Positions 99,491 through 114,558 of a stretch of DNA of 124,000 nucleotides are shown piece by piece. Under the pieces are notes generated by a model. That model worked only from the letters and a program-made list of their open reading frames with translations. It was not told the DNA's origin and ran no database searches. Position numbers and translations under genes: made by a program. Source of the DNA: Octopus vulgaris (lineage: Eukaryota); the NCBI GenBank assembly GCA_951406725.2, contig OX597823.1, forward strand, positions 26,060,001 to 26,184,000. Reading direction: 5' to 3'. How positions within the stretch are numbered: the stretch's first letter is position 1; every line of letters begins with the position of its first letter.

Positions 99491-102400
99491 CTCTCAACTC
99501 ATGTATGTATATGTATAGGTGTGTATGTGTGTGTGTGCGTGGGTTGTGTGTGTGCATAGGTTGTGTGTGTAGGGGTTTGTAGTGTTTGTGTAGGCGTAAT
99601 GTGCATGCGTGTGTTTGTGTGTGTGTGTGCTTACGTGCGTGTGTGCGTGTATGTGCATGTGTTTGTGCCCATGTGTGTATAATTGTGTGCGTGTCTGTAT
99701 GTGTATTGTTTGTTGGAGGTATATGTGCGAACCTGTGATATATATATATATATGCAGGAATGTGTGTGTGTATGTGTATGTGTCTGTATCTGTGTGTATA
99801 CACATACACACACACATATATCTAAAACAATAAAAAATTTGGGGAGTAAAAGACACCACTACTGAATAGAAAGTACTCAATCTCAATATGGAATGTATGT
99901 AGAGTGAAAGGGTTTTTTATTGATAAAATTGACATTTCTGGGTTCATTGTGCTGTTTGATACATGAAACAAAGATGAAATGTGAATGAACTCAGCTAAAA
100001 TAGTAACTGAATCAAATTCAAAACAAACCAAAACAACTCTAATGGTTAAACATGTCAATGTGAAATTAACATCGATGGATTTACAGCTGTTAATAATGGT
100101 GAATATGAACATGAAATAAATATATAAATGGAATAACAAGAAGATACTTGCTGATATAAACATGCATACACTGATATAAGCCATTGTAAGCTATGTTGAG
100201 GATGATCAGGTTGTAAAGTTTTTATGACTTAAATTTTCTGTGAACTGCCATCACCACCCTCCTACTCCTCCTCTTTCTCATCATCATCATCATCACCACC
100301 ACCACCACTATCATCATCATAAAACATTCACTTTTCCATGCTTGCATCATAGGCCAAACAGAATCCATTGAGAAGGTTTTCTAAGGACAGATGTCATTCC
100401 TGTTGGCAAGCCTCATGTGTTTCCAAGTAAAGTAACATTTTCCTCACAGTCGGACATATTTTTCATAGAAAACTGGAAATGAACAACATTGTTTATATGA
100501 CAGTGATGCTCATTTACAACCATCATGGGATGTCAAGGCAAGGGTGCACACATACATATACTCAATGGGTTTCTTTCAATTTCTGTCTGCCAAATCCACA
100601 GGGCACTGGTTGGCCCTGGGCTGTAGTAGAAGAGACTTGCCCAAGATAATGCATAGTGGGAATGAACCTGAGACAACATGGTTGGGAAGCAAGCTTTTCA
100701 CCCACACAGCCACATTTAAATGCAGCTCTGAATATTTTCTGAATGGCAGCTGAGTAATGGGGTATTAGCAAAATCAATACAATAAGCCCTCTCTAGTGCA
100801 AAGATTACAAACTTATTATTCCTTTGTTCTGATTCAGTTCTATACTGAATTATATTATACATTGAATTATCCTTTAATGATTAAATTTATGAAGCTAAAA
100901 AAGTTTGTTTGCTTCTGTTGTGGTTCTTGAAGGAATTAGTGTACAAATAAATTCTTGACTTAAATGGTTCTGAGGTCATACAAATATAAGCTTTTGTGTT
101001 GATATTGGTTCAACTAAATGTAAAAACATAATATCTTTGGCAATGCAGTTAGATTATATAGAGAAATTGCATAGGTTGGTGTTGTACTGGTTAATGGTTT
101101 TTGTTATGTGTGTTGGTTAATTCTAGAGGTGTTATGATATGCTAAATTACACTTAAATTTTGAAATAGTTGAATACAAAAGTTTGTTAGTATCTTTATTA
101201 AAGATCTGTTGATATTTGTAACTTAAGGGCAAACTGACAGAATTGTTAGCATATGGGGTGAAATGCTTAGTGTCATTTCATCTGTCTTCTCGTTCTGAGT
101301 TCAAATACTGCCAAGATCAACTATGCCGTTCATCCTTTTGGGGTTAATCAGTATCAATTAAGTACTGGGGGTCGATGTAGTTGACTTACCCCCTAGCCCA
101401 AAATTGCTGGCCTTGTGCCAAAATTTAAAATTGATATTTATAGTTTAAGGAGAAATATTTCTTTAGGAATTTAAAGTTTTGAGCCAAGAGTGTAATACTG
101501 AGCAGAGCTGAGTACAAGGTTATGCTTCTTTTCCTGCTTTTGTTTTTATTGGAGTTGGAGGTAGGGGTTACTGTGCAATAGATTTTATCCTTAAAGCCTC
101601 TTCTGGCTACGTCTTTATTGTAATATTTGGGATCATCATCATCATCATCATCGTTTAGCGTCCGTTTTCCATGCTAGCATGGGTTGGACGGTTCTACTGG
101701 GGTCTGTGAAGCCAGAAGGCTTCATCAGGCCCAGTCAAATCTGGCAGTGTTTCTACGGCTGGATGCTCTTCCTAACGCCAACCACTCCGTGAGTGTAGTG
101801 GGTGCTTTTTACGTGCCACTGGCACAGGTGCCAGACAGAGCTGGCAAACGGCCACGAACGGATGGTGCTTTTTATGTGCCACTGGCACGAGGGCCAGGCG
101901 AGGCTGGCAACGGACACGAAACGGGGCGGTGCTGGCAACGGTCGCGAAACGGAAGGTTCTCTTACATGCCACCGGCACTGGTAACACATCTGCAATTTCC
102001 ATTGATCGATTTCCATTCTGATCCTCACTTGCCTCAACGGGTCTTCACAAGTAGAGTTTCGACATGCCACCGGCACAGGTAACACACCTGCAATTTCCAT
102101 TGATCGATTTCGATTCTGATCCTCACTTGCCTCAACAGGTCTTGAAAAATATTTTCATTAGCTGTTTGGGATGTGATTGTTAATATGATGTCCACAAGCA
102201 GTTAGAATGTCTATGCTATAATATAGCATTTCATTAGGATTGTGGTATAAGAAATGAAAAGAACTGGGGAAATCCAGGGTAACATCCAGATAACTGACTT
102301 TTGTGGGATGAATTGCAATGATTGTTTGGAGTCTAAGTCTTTAAAGAAGTAGCAGAGATTGTTTCTGAATCTATCAGCGTGGGTTGACATTATTTAGAAT

Positions 102401-103311
102401 TTAAAGTACATCATCTCAATAAAGACTGTCAGGAAAGCAGGTTTTTATTTTATGCAGTATGTAGAGGACCCCACCAAGGTTGCTATTTTCAGTAGAGTCC
102501 AGGATACCCACACTAACATTGAAGGATTTGTTTGTTAAATTTCTAATTGATCCATAAGTTACTGTTTCATTTCACAACCAATTTTCAGGCATGTATAATA
102601 ATTACATTTTCTCTTTCTGTGATGTCGGCAATGGATTTAGCATAATTAATGGCATTAGTTAATATGAGTAGCACTCTGATGTGCAGCAGTCACAAATGTC
102701 AAACTGGAAAAGTTTGCATCCATTTTATTGGAAATTGCCTTAAAACCATTTAATTACTTCCACTTTAAAATTCCAAAGAAATAAAGGTGAAACCTCTCTT
102801 ACTTCAGGGATCACGTTATCAAGGACATGTTTATTGATCCAGCCTATATTGGTTTTTGTAGGGTTGATTAGTCTAATTGTTGGGTTGAGGCTGAGTTCTA
102901 TCTTATAAACTATACACATAAAGAAAAATCCTTTGGGTGAAAGGAGTTTGATGTGGTCATTGATTAGAAGTTCAGAAGTTATCTGCTCCTACCCCTCCAG
103001 TCATTAAGGAAGTTCCAATCATTTTTTTTTATTGTAGATACTACTAATGGAACTGAGGATAAATTTCTTGTATATCTTACAATGTATTTGACAATGATAT
103101 TTTAGTTTATTTAATTTGATGAAGAAATCATATAATTTTTTTTGCTTTGATAATTTCTGGCTTTATTTTGAGCCATTATTAAAAGCCTGGTGTATGTATC
103201 ATCAAGGCAAACTTGAAACTCCTTCTTCATTGTCTAAGGTTTCAGCTTCATAGAGGAGAATGCTTTTTTACATATACTCTGAAGAAGACAAACCTTATTG
103301 ACCTAGAAATA

Positions 103312-104585
103312 TTAGGTTGTCAAGAAAGTTCTTGCCGTTTTTAACCTTTAAATTCAGATGCACATATCTTGGCTCAAACAAAACTTTATTAATTGAAATA
103401 AAACCATCAGAATCAACACACTTTTGCCAACACGAAACAAATTTATTTATGCCAGTAGCATAAAAATCCTGTGTTCTGGTGGCGATGAAGTTGTTGAAGG
103501 TGTGTTTGGCATCGTCTTGGTTTTTAAAGCATTTCTCATGCAGGAAGTTGTCAAGATGCTTGAAAAAGTGGTAGTCGGTAGACAAGAGGTCTGGTGAGTT
103601 TGGCAGATGAGATAGAGTTTTGTAGCCCAATTCGTTCAACTTCTGCAGGGTCAGTTGTGTGACGTGTGGTCAAACGTCGTGGAGAAGAATTGGTCCTTTT
103701 CTGTTGACCAATGCTGACTGTTGTTGTTGGAGTTTCTAATGCATTTCATCCATTTGGTGACAGTACTTCTCCACCGTAATGGTTTTGCCTGGATCCAAAA
103801 AGCTGTGATGGATGAAACTGGCTGCAGACCACCAAACAGTCACCATGACCTTCTTTTGGTGGAACTTTGGCTTCGGGAAGTGTTGTGGAGCTTCGTTGGC
103901 ATCCAACCACTGAGCAGAGCATTGCCAGTTGTTGTAAAGAATCCACTTTTCATCGCAAGTCACAATCTGGTCGAGAAATAGGTCGTTTTGTTGCGTAAAA
104001 GAAGAGAAGACAACTCTTCAAAACAGCATATTTTTTTTGGTGTTGTCATTCAATTCATGCAGTACCAATTTCTCAAGTATTTTTGTTTTTCCAATCTCTT
104101 TCAAGCAGTTGGAAATTGTCATCTAATTCAGAAGCAAGCTCTCAAACAGTTGTGTGTGGATTGGCTTTGACTAAGGCTCTTAGTTGATCGTTGTCAACAT
104201 CCGATGGCCAGCTACTACACTTATCATCTTCAAGACTCTCGTCACTGCTACAAAATTTCTTGAACCACCATTGTGCTGTACATTCATTAGTGGTTCCTGG
104301 GCCAAATGCATCGATGATATCGTGAGCTGTTTCAGCAGTTTTTCGATCTAGCTTAAACTGGAATAAGAAAATTGTGCAAATTTGCTTTTTGTCCATGTTG
104401 TATTCAACATTCTGGAAAAAATAGCCTAATTATTCAAAAAGAGAAAGAGTAACATGATTAGATAGAGTGAAAAATGGGCTTTAAAATTATATATAAAGTC
104501 AAAGTAATTTAATGAAAATTAATTTGAAAATACACCATTTAAAACCAAAATTAAAAATTCCACAAGAACTTTCTTGAAAACCTAA
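103312..104585 (-). mobile_element. Full-length defective mariner
   Basis: TIRs ttaggttgtcaagaaagttcttg and caagaactttcttgaaaacctaa with TA flanks. TCDEKW and HLPNSPDLLSTDYHFF motifs. Confidence 0.9.
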
Positions 104586-104609
104586 TATTTAACTGTTTTG
104601 ACCTTTATT

Positions 104610-104875
104610 GCAGGGATCCCAGGTTAGTACCTTTTGTATAAGGAAGTCTTTCTTCCTGTCAGTAACATAAGATCCAAGGTAATCCTTGAGTTGTGTGCCA
104701 TTGTTGGAACAAAATGGCAAGTGACTTTTATCCATGTCGATGGTTATGTACTCATTCTTCTTTCAACAGAGTTAGATTCACTTTGATTGCAGCATTCTCA
104801 AGATATGTTAACAAGACATCTGCATCACACACTTGATGAGATATGAGGGCAAGATCATCAGCATATATGATAGAC
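104610..104875 (-). mobile_element. RTE RT fragment
   Basis: YADDLAL..LENAAIKVNL..DYLGSYV on the minus strand. Confidence 0.55.
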
Positions 104876-106353
104876 CCTGTACAGTTCCGATCTGTCAAAT
104901 TTACTCACAAGATATCTGACAACCCAGAATCATAGTAGAAGACACTTCCCAGGGTGTGACACAGTGGGGTTGAACCCAAAATCCTATGGCTACAAAGTAA
105001 ATGATTTTAGTCACACAGCCACACCTGCACGTATATCAGGTTGGAATGAAAGTTCATATATAATCAAATATATCTTAGATATATTTGATCTTCCAGTGTT
105101 GTCTATAACATCATTCTGTCTTTTACTGGATTTATTAATGCCTTATTTGCAAAATTCCAGTGGTTCTGATGAGAAATAAGAAACCAACTCTTTTTCAATC
105201 TCTTCTCTTGATGTCAGTCTTAGTCCATCAAAATGGTTTTGTAAACTCCTAAGCAAATGAGGAAAGAGCAAGATTGGAAGAACAAGGCAGCTGCAGCATT
105301 TTTTCTCAGCCAGTTTCTCTAGAAGATGTTTGGTGACTTTGTAGTGTGAAGAAGAGCATTATCAAGGTAGAAGATTGTTCCCTTCGTGTGCACTAAAGAT
105401 GCATTTACAGTCCATGTTCCATGCTGGCATGAATTGGATGGTATGACACAATTCAATAGGTCCAAGGACTGCATTGGGCTCCAATGTCATCTTTGGCATG
105501 TGGTTTCCCTGGCTGGATGCCCTTCCTAATGCCAACCACTTTATGCCATGCACTGGGTGCTTTTATTCATGCCACTAGCACTACTGATGTTGCTATGCAG
105601 CTTGCAGAACTATGAACTCTGGGAAAGGTGGTCAGCTTCATGCTGGGGGTGGGGGTCAAGGGGTTAAAGTATGAGGTGGGAGCAAGGCAGGTTCTTGTAG
105701 AGGATCTTCATGGCAATTTACATTTTGCAGGGGAGGAGGAGAAAAAGAAAAGAAAAATGACCAGTAGGAACTGCAATGATCTGGCAGAAATGTTAGAATG
105801 CAGGGCGAAATGCTTAGCGATATTTCGTCTGCCATTACGTTCTGAGTTCAAATTCTGCTGAGGTCAACTTTGCCTTTCATCCTTTCAGGGTCGATAAATT
105901 AAGTATCAGTTATGCACTGGAGTCAATGTAATCGACTTAATCCTTTTGTCTGTCCTTGTTTGTCCCCTCCATGTTTAGCCCCTTGTGGGCAATAAAGAAA
106001 TAAGGAACTGCAACGAGATAGATAATGGCCATGAGGTGGTCAGCTGACACTTCAAGATATACAGTGAGTAGAAAAGGGTGCGTGGGTGGTTTGCAAGATT
106101 GTATGGGGAGCAGGAGATGAAGGGATGGGGAAGCAGACTAGAGCACTAGTTCATCAAATGAGATAAGACTAAAAAATCTTCATCAAATATTTATAGATTG
106201 CAAGACATACAAAATAGTTATCTTAAGTTCAATTTGTAGCATCTATTGGAAAAAAAGAATGATTAGAACATCCTTAGTATGTGTGTGTGTGTATTTATAA
106301 ATGAATGCATATGTGTGTATGTATGTTTGTGTGTATATATGTGTATGTATATA

Positions 106354-106411
<58 letters not shown>

Positions 106412-106769
106412 TACATACATACATATGCACACACATACTGATATAAATACATGTGATGTTTACATTGTTCTCACTCACTATCATCCTTGCCATTATTGTT
106501 GTTGTTGTTATCATAATCCCAACATTACTATCAACACCAGCATCACTCCTAAATCCGTTTCCTTCCTCCCTTCAGAGTCAAGTCCTGCTACTTTTACCAT
106601 TCTCAGCCGTGTCTGCCTCCATGAGCCTCACAGCATCTTATCAAGCATCAGGTGTTATTCATCCTCCGTTTATTAATCCATCTGCACCTCCACCACAATC
106701 ACCACACACCGTCTTCCTTAATACATTGTACTCGGCCATCCCCTCTTCCCTCTACATCAGCACCCTTAC

Positions 106770-107080
106770 CACTTGCATCATCATCATCAGCAGCATCTCC
106801 TCCTTGTCCTTATCCCCATTAAAACTCTCATGACCATCAAGATCAACACTGGTATCACTGCATCATCTTCATCACCACCACCACTGCAACCAATTGTTAT
106901 CATCATCATCACCATCATCACCACCACTCTTACCATCACCACAACCTTTACCTTCACCATCACTGCCACCATCACCACCATCATCATTACCACTATTACC
107001 ACCATCACCATCACCCTCATCACTAGCACTATCATCACCACCACCACCATCATCACCATCACCACCATCGTCATTGTCAT
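106770..107080. repeat. Degenerate (CAC/CAT)n low-complexity tract
   Basis: Directly visible; source of spurious poly-T/poly-S ORFs. Confidence 0.9.
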
Positions 107081-110000
107081 CATGTGGCTTCTATTAGGAA
107101 TTAAAATCTCACACCTTTAACTGAAGTATTTATATTATGTATTTAATATAATATAAAGTTTTAGTCACAACATTATCCTATTTAGTGAGTTTTGGTGAAT
107201 TGTTTACTAAGATTGTTGATTGTAGTTTAATTAATTGATTTTAGTAAATATATGTTGTTTAGGTCCGAGTTCAGCCTTTGATCAAACAGCAAAAGTCATG
107301 ACCAAATGTCCAGGACAGCATTATCCAATGTATTCTTCCCAGTTTTTTTTTTAAAAGAGAGAGGGAGATTTGGTTGCCATTTTTAGTCAGTCCAACAACT
107401 GCATTTGTTGTGGTGGTGAAGCTTCTAGATCAGTATTTGATCCAGGGGATCCAGAGACAAAAGTGTTCCACCTGTCTCCATCCCTATCTTTTTATGTCTA
107501 GAACTACATTGTCTATGTATCTTTAGATCTCAGTGTTATTTGAAAGAGATTTAATTGCTATTTTTAGCAGATCAAGCAACCTCTTGTTAGCTTTCAGTGA
107601 ATAGCTGTTTGTAAAATTATGCCAGATCAAGCAAACAACCAAGTGGATGACAGTTTATACCCTGTCATTGGCACTGGGCTGTGTCTGTGAGCAGGATGTT
107701 CGAAATCTCAAATGGTTAAGTTCACCAAGCTGAAAGCAGGTCTCACCAACAGAAGAAGATTAATTGACTGTTCTAAAAACTACATTAAGTACAATAGACA
107801 AATTAAACTCCTCTGGTTTCAGTTGTTTTAGACATGTGTACCCTTATTCTAATTGTCAGGTAGAATCAGCATGATACAGTGTGTGACAAAACTGTGTGTG
107901 TGTGTTATGGGGGACCTCTATTGTTCAATGATGAAGATTCAGCTCTTTAATTAACTGAATTACTTGCCCCTGATGTAACACGTAAGTGGCTGAGTATTCC
108001 AAAAGATACATACACCATTCATATAATCCTCAGATAGAATTAGTATGTAACAGTATATAACAAAGCTGTGTGGTGAGTGTGTATGTGTGGTGCGTGTGTA
108101 TGTGTGTGTATGTGTGTGTGCATGCGTGTGTGTGTGTAGACCTCTACCGTTCGATGGAGCAGATTCAGTTATTCAATTGACTGAATTACTTTCTCCTGAA
108201 CTAATATGTAAGAGAAGTTGAGTAGTCCTCATGTCCCAGTGTACCATTGAGTGAGACAAAATTGTGCCTTTGAATTGTATGTACAACACATCTGCCAGGC
108301 GTCTGAACAGAGTCCAGCTACCCAATTTCACTCATAAGCCTGGGGTTAACCCAAGAAAATTGTGAGACACTTGTTCAAGATGTCACACAATGGGATTGAA
108401 TCTGAGATCACATAATTTGGCGACAAACTTCTTAACCATTCAGCCATGATGCATCCACACTAAAACAACAATGTTATCAGGAGGACATTAATAGTGATTT
108501 GTTACCTAAGAGTTTTGAGTTCAACTCTTCTTGTGGATCTGAACAATTATCCTTTTTTGTTTTGTTTTTTAATACTTTTGATACTAACCAACCTGAGACC
108601 ACTCCAAGTCCTATTTTAAAGTGATCTAAACTAAAACCTTCCATCAAAATTTCTTATCAGCATATGTTCTAAACAACAGCTTAATAATGATAAAGCTATT
108701 TTACTAAATTATTCCTTTATTTTAAAAATTAACTGACACAAAAGCAGTTTATTTCAATAAAAATTTGGTAACAAAAGGGTTAATGTTTAATCAGAGAAAG
108801 AAAGGCTATGAAAAGTTAGCTAATGATATTTATCATTCAACAAATTTCATTAGATCTCATTTGTCAATAAGAATCATTGATTTTGTGTATACATATAAAT
108901 AAATTAAAGACAGAATCCTAACCGCCCCATCATCAGTACATTCTGGTAACAAGTCATAATAAATTAATGAAATGAAACAAAACTTTCACCATTGTGTAAT
109001 CTAGGATTTGTGAGATGATCTGGAACAGAAGATTAATGATTATTTTCCCTGGATTAATCAAAATTTATGAACCATTTTGTCTTTGTAATTTTATATTTTT
109101 ATTTCCCCTCTTTTCTTCCCTTCAAAATCCAAAAGGGCCACTGATAAGTCCTAGTTCTGGTTTGATTGTTGAAGTAGATTAGAAATAAATATTTGCTTGT
109201 ATAAGAAATCAGTTTATTGCATCTAACATACACAGATGATTAGCACCTAGGCTGAATAATTTAAAATAATGAGCCACAATGCAATATACTCATTGGATTT
109301 GAACCCACAAACTAGAAACTCATAGTCCTATGCCTTAACTTCTCAGACATTTCTCATTAACATTTGAAATGATCAGAAGTAAAAAAAGAGAGGGCTTAAT
109401 GTTTTAATCAAGAAACTCTCAGAAAAAACAAAACAAAAATGAACCAGTAAGCAGCAGCCCTATTTATAATGTATGTAATGGAACAAGTTATAAGCTGGAA
109501 TCAAAAGTCCTTTTCACAGTCACAAGACAGAGAAATATGTGAAAATATTTACCCACAGTGGCAGCTTAACCTAAAATATGAGTGAAAAACTGTCCATACC
109601 CATTGATTTAAAATGGTATAGATAAGCCAAAAATATATCTCAAAAGTTAGGCCATCTTTTCAGGGCCAGAAATAACTTCAGCTCTGAAAAGCTGCTAATC
109701 TTATACAAAGCATAAATGTGACCCACATTGAAAAAACTGCTCACATGCCAGGGATGGTGCTGTTAATTCATACAGAAACATTGTAGACTGCATCCATAAA
109801 GAGGCCATCTGGCTGATTGGCAAGTTACTAACACACTACAACCCTGTACACTGTCCTCACTCTGTCACTTCTATCATTACTACAATGCTTTTTGTTTTTT
109901 GGAACTAAAAGCTGTGCACTGTCCCAATACAAGGCACCCAGTTTATCTACTTCTCCTCTTAATATCTGTAATGTGTAGAAAAGGAGTCAATCAGGCAGAT

Positions 110001-110519
110001 ACTCAATAATTAGAAACAAGTAGAGTGTTATAGCTAAAACCAAATGGACAATTGTTACATATATTCTCTGTCCTTTCATGAAGTCTTGGGGTTGATTGGG
110101 CTTGTGCTTAACAATAAATTTTTACAACATTAAGTGGATGAGAAATAAATCTCCTGCTAGAGAGGATGACACTCAATTGCAGTTAACTTTACTGTGAAAA
110201 GGAAGTGCTACAAGTTGATAAATCACTTGTCCATATTACAATGTTATTGTTATTTATAATACAGCACCGTACCACCCTACACTACCCACTTACAGTAAGA
110301 TGGACTCACCTATTGATAGCTAAGTGTCTCAGTCAAAAGTACAATGCAGTAGAATATGTGTGGTTGTTGTTTTTGTTGTCATTATTGTTGCCATTGTTGT
110401 TGACCCATGTCAACACTGATTGAGTAGACCATTCCAACCATGACTATCTCTTGTTTTCAGGAATAGTGTAACTGAGGTTAAAGAGCAACAACATCATTAG
110501 TTATAAGTTATTGAAATTA

Positions 110520-113500
110520 ATTTATTTTGAGACCATTTATTCATGAAAATAAAGAAAAACTCACAGGCCAAGTACTTTGATATAAGGAATTTCAGACTAG
110601 TTTTGGTTGATAAAAGACTCATCTCGCCCATAAGTACTACAGAAGAGTCAGACTAATATTTAGGATTGAACCCAACCCACAAGCTATTCCAGTTATAAAC
110701 AACAATCTCAACATAAACTTAGAAAAGTCATGGAACAACCAACAGTATTCACTCTAAAGCTTGTACCAATAAAATAATATACCTACTCTATACACGTGAC
110801 AGATAGGGTCTGATACAAATAGAAAACTATTACAAAATAACAATAGTAGGACGAGAGAAATACTTAAAAGCAAACATAGGGAATCTGATTAGTGTAATAT
110901 GGAAACAAAGAAAATACAAACATGTTTCTCTAGATATGAGGAAACAGTGAGGTATAAAGTGGAGACTAACTACACAGTAAAAAGATGTGGATAAGGACAA
111001 AACAATGGAAAATGTTTTTTAAAAAATTAAAAAAAATGAAAATACAAAATAAAAAAAAAAAATTCCAAAATATACTGAAGAAAAAACGAAGAGAAAACAT
111101 TGCATGGCAATATCTTGCAAGGCTAGACAGAAAAGCAGTAAACCAAAGTGAAAACCAATAATGGCTCAAAAGCTTTGGGCTAAAAGCAGAAACAGGAGAT
111201 CTGACTTTAGCTGTGCATAACCAATACATAGCTACAAACAAGTACAAAAATAAAATAATGCAGACTATGCAACCAGTACAATGAAACAGTTGCCAACATC
111301 ATTTCCAACAGTTCAGTTCTTGCCAAGTCCAATTATATTCACAAACATGATCAAGTTGGCAGCTATGTTGACTGAGCAATATGCTGAAACTTTGACATGA
111401 AAAAAAAAGATAACAAGCAGTATAAACATGTACCAAACACAGTAAATGATGACTAAGTCTAAATCACTTGAGACATCATACTTGTCCAAACTGATATGGA
111501 GATCAAAGAAACCTACCAGTTTTAATAATTAGAGCTTGGAATTAAAATGTCTGTACTCTAGACATCTTGATCCCTTCTGAACAAAACATTGATCTCCATC
111601 CACCCCACTCCTCAAAAAAGAAAAGAAGAAGAAGAAAAAAGAGGAAGCTTTTACAGTGTAAGGGTTGTGAAATTGTGATAAGCAGAATGTGGAGCAAAGT
111701 AAAAACAATAGCAACAGTAATTAGAACCCTGGGTATGATTTTAAAAAAAATCTAAACTAAAACATACATAAAAACCACACCGTGGCTCACACAGTCTAAA
111801 TGATATCACTGCTAGACATAGCTTATGTCCAGAACAAGACACTTTGAATTCATGAACTTAGCTTAGCATACAATAATACCACATACCTGGTATAGTATAT
111901 GAGTATATAGTATACAGTATATAGTGTACAGTATATATAGTATGATATAGTATACCATAACTACCACATAAAATAACATAATTCACACAACACATATCCT
112001 AGCAATCATAGAGAAACAATATAATACATAATTTACACAATCAACACCCAATAAAATAACAATAACATAACTGATATGCAATATATAACTTCAAAACCTC
112101 ACATTCTATACAGTTGTCTCTTATTAATATAATACAATTCACAGGGCCCATACACAACCACCACTTGACACTAAAACACATAATATCAATCATACAGTAT
112201 ATATGAAACACAACACCACCCAACAAACTAACACAACTCACATTACATATAATCTATGCAAGAGACAAAACAATAAATAACATCCGAAACAACAAAACAA
112301 ACATCATAACAAAGCAAAAGACCTGAAGACAATTCTATATTCACACACCTCAGAAATATGGAGGTGCACCTAGTGGTGCTGTAGTAACTTGCATAAAACT
112401 GATGCAAACGTGATAGTAATAATAATAATATTGCATATAACATAAAAACAACATGAAGCACAAATATACAAAAAATGTTAGAAAATATCTCTCTATCCTT
112501 AATGAAATCAATAACAGAAAAAATTATGCAAATGAAAAAAAGTGGAATAAGAGACAAATACTATAGAAATATAACATTACAAAACAAAAAAAAAACCGTA
112601 TCTGAAATCAAAGAACACCTGACACAACAGATTCTTCCTAAATTGCAAAGAATCTGTTAGGATGAAAAACAACAATGATTCTTTGAACAGAACAAACAGT
112701 TTGATTCCAACCCAAAATGATTTTATTAAGAATTTGGTAAAAAATAAAATATAAATCAAAGCAACACCAACAACAAGAGAAACAAAAATCCTAGAACAGA
112801 GCATCATGGGAAGTGAAAGGATTACTACAGACAAGGTGGTCGAAAACAATGAAGACAACATCTGAATAATCATGAGAGGCCAAAGAATCAAATGAAATAA
112901 CCCTGATACAATAAAACACTTTTGGTTAAAATATTTAACAGCAACAGTGAAGTATAATGAGATATTGATGAAGCTGGAGGCAACTCCTGACTGCTTCGCT
113001 GAGGAGAAAACTTCTTCGATCCTCAAAACTAAAGAAACAGAAAATTTTAAAGTCAACAGGCCCATAACTTGCTGTCTCACAACCCACAAAACCTTAACTT
113101 GTAATAATATATTCTTAAAACCAAAAAAAGATATCAAATGTAGAACTAGAACCCCTAAATCAGTGGTTTCCAGACTTTTTGGGGCTGCCGCTCCCTTGAC
113201 ATCCAGGCCACATTCCCACCGCCCCCATCCCAACTAACCATCCTCTTTCTAAAGCAAATTCAAAGCAACTGTATTTCACAAATAAAACTTAACCTAATGA
113301 ACCCATCATTTGGTTGTTTTTACATGAATTGCCACCCCATTATAGCCCCAATTTTTACATGAATTGCTACCCCATGCCCCCTTGGAACTTTCTACCACCC
113401 CAGGGAGGCAACACTGCTGGCCACTTTGAAAACCACTGCCCTAAATGAAAGAATACATAACTTAGGGAAGAAAATGTTTATGAAAATAATCTAAAACTAG

Positions 113501-113700
113501 AAGCAAAGAATTATAATTGAGAAATCTTCTTAGGACCAATTAAAGGCTTCATCTAAAATAAAGCTTAAAACTAAAAGAGTAACAATAATAAAAAAGACAA
113601 ACCAGGTCATTGTAAACTTAATAAAAACAGATACAAACATCAATATCACAAGGATTAACCAAATAACGGATGTAGAACAGTATACACGCATTACAAAGTG
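110520..113700 (+). mobile_element. Cluster of decayed R4/Dong-like fragments
   Basis: Remnants ETVANIISNSSVLAKSNYIHKHDQVG, RMWSKVKTIATVIRTLG and NRPITCCLTTHKTLT. A hAT MITE is inserted. Confidence 0.55.
113161..113438. mobile_element. hAT-type MITE
   Basis: cagtggttt TIRs and 8-bp TSD CCCTAAAT. Same family as 31625-31935. Confidence 0.8.
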
Positions 113701-113984
113701 AAAGTAGATACTCCATCAGATCCGTGGCCAGTAATAAAGTCACGGGAAAATGTTACAATTTTGGCAAGGAAAAAAGTCGCAATTAATTTATGGTGGCCGG
113801 TAATAAAGTCACACAAAAAAGTAACAATTTTTCTCTAGGAAAGAAAGTTAGGTAATCAAACTAAAATATTTAAGTCAGTCACAATTTATTAAAGTATCAT
113901 AAACAATTAAAGTAATAAAACAAAAAATATTTTAAATCAGTTATTAACTGACAATACATGACTTGTACATATTAACAACACTAT

Positions 113985-114130
113985 TTATATATGATTGAGC
114001 AGCTTTTTAGCTAGTATATAGCTTTTAAGCAACTGACCCAGAATGGGAAGATCTGCAAACAGATCTCTGACTAGCTCTGGAGAATTTGTAGCAATTACTT
114101 CCTCCAGAGTCATATCCCAATGATGATCAT
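113985..114130 (-). mobile_element. Helitron Rep/helicase remnant
   Basis: DHHWDMTLEEVIATNSPELVRDLFA resembles the Helitron helicase linker motif (HWD.TLEEA...SP..LR.LF). Confidence 0.4.
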
Positions 114131-114360
114131 ATTCGTCGCAAAAAATAAAAAATAAAAAGTCACCGAAAACAATCGCAGTAATGAAAACATAGGAATTCCA
114201 AATTTCAGGATTGCACGTCCGGACTCGGCCCGGAATGTTTTTAATTTACTCACGGAGTCAGCCTGATTTCAAAGTGGCATGTTATGTTGGGCTAAGCCTT
114301 CTAGGAGTAAAGTTGAAAAGTGTGGCATTGACACATTTATTATATTATATTATTATAGTA

Positions 114361-114558
114361 CAGTGGTTCCCAAACTATGAGTCGCGACCCACAGATGGGT
114401 CGCAAACGGAATCTTAGTGGGTCGCAAAAAGTTATAAACTTACACATTAGCTTTGATTAACTGCTGTCTATCAAGATAGTTCAGTAGAGTTAAGTGGGTC
114501 GTCATAAACTGGTGTGATAAATAGTGGGTCGCGACTCTAAAAAGTTTGGGAACCACTG
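114361..114558. mobile_element. hAT-type MITE
   Basis: TIR cagtggttcccaaact. Perfect 8-bp TSD TTATAGTA. Confidence 0.85.

Noticed and set aside
109741-109830. YRNIVDCIHK resembling a mitochondrial carrier motif
   Set aside because: No splice signals or surrounding carrier signature; likely chance.
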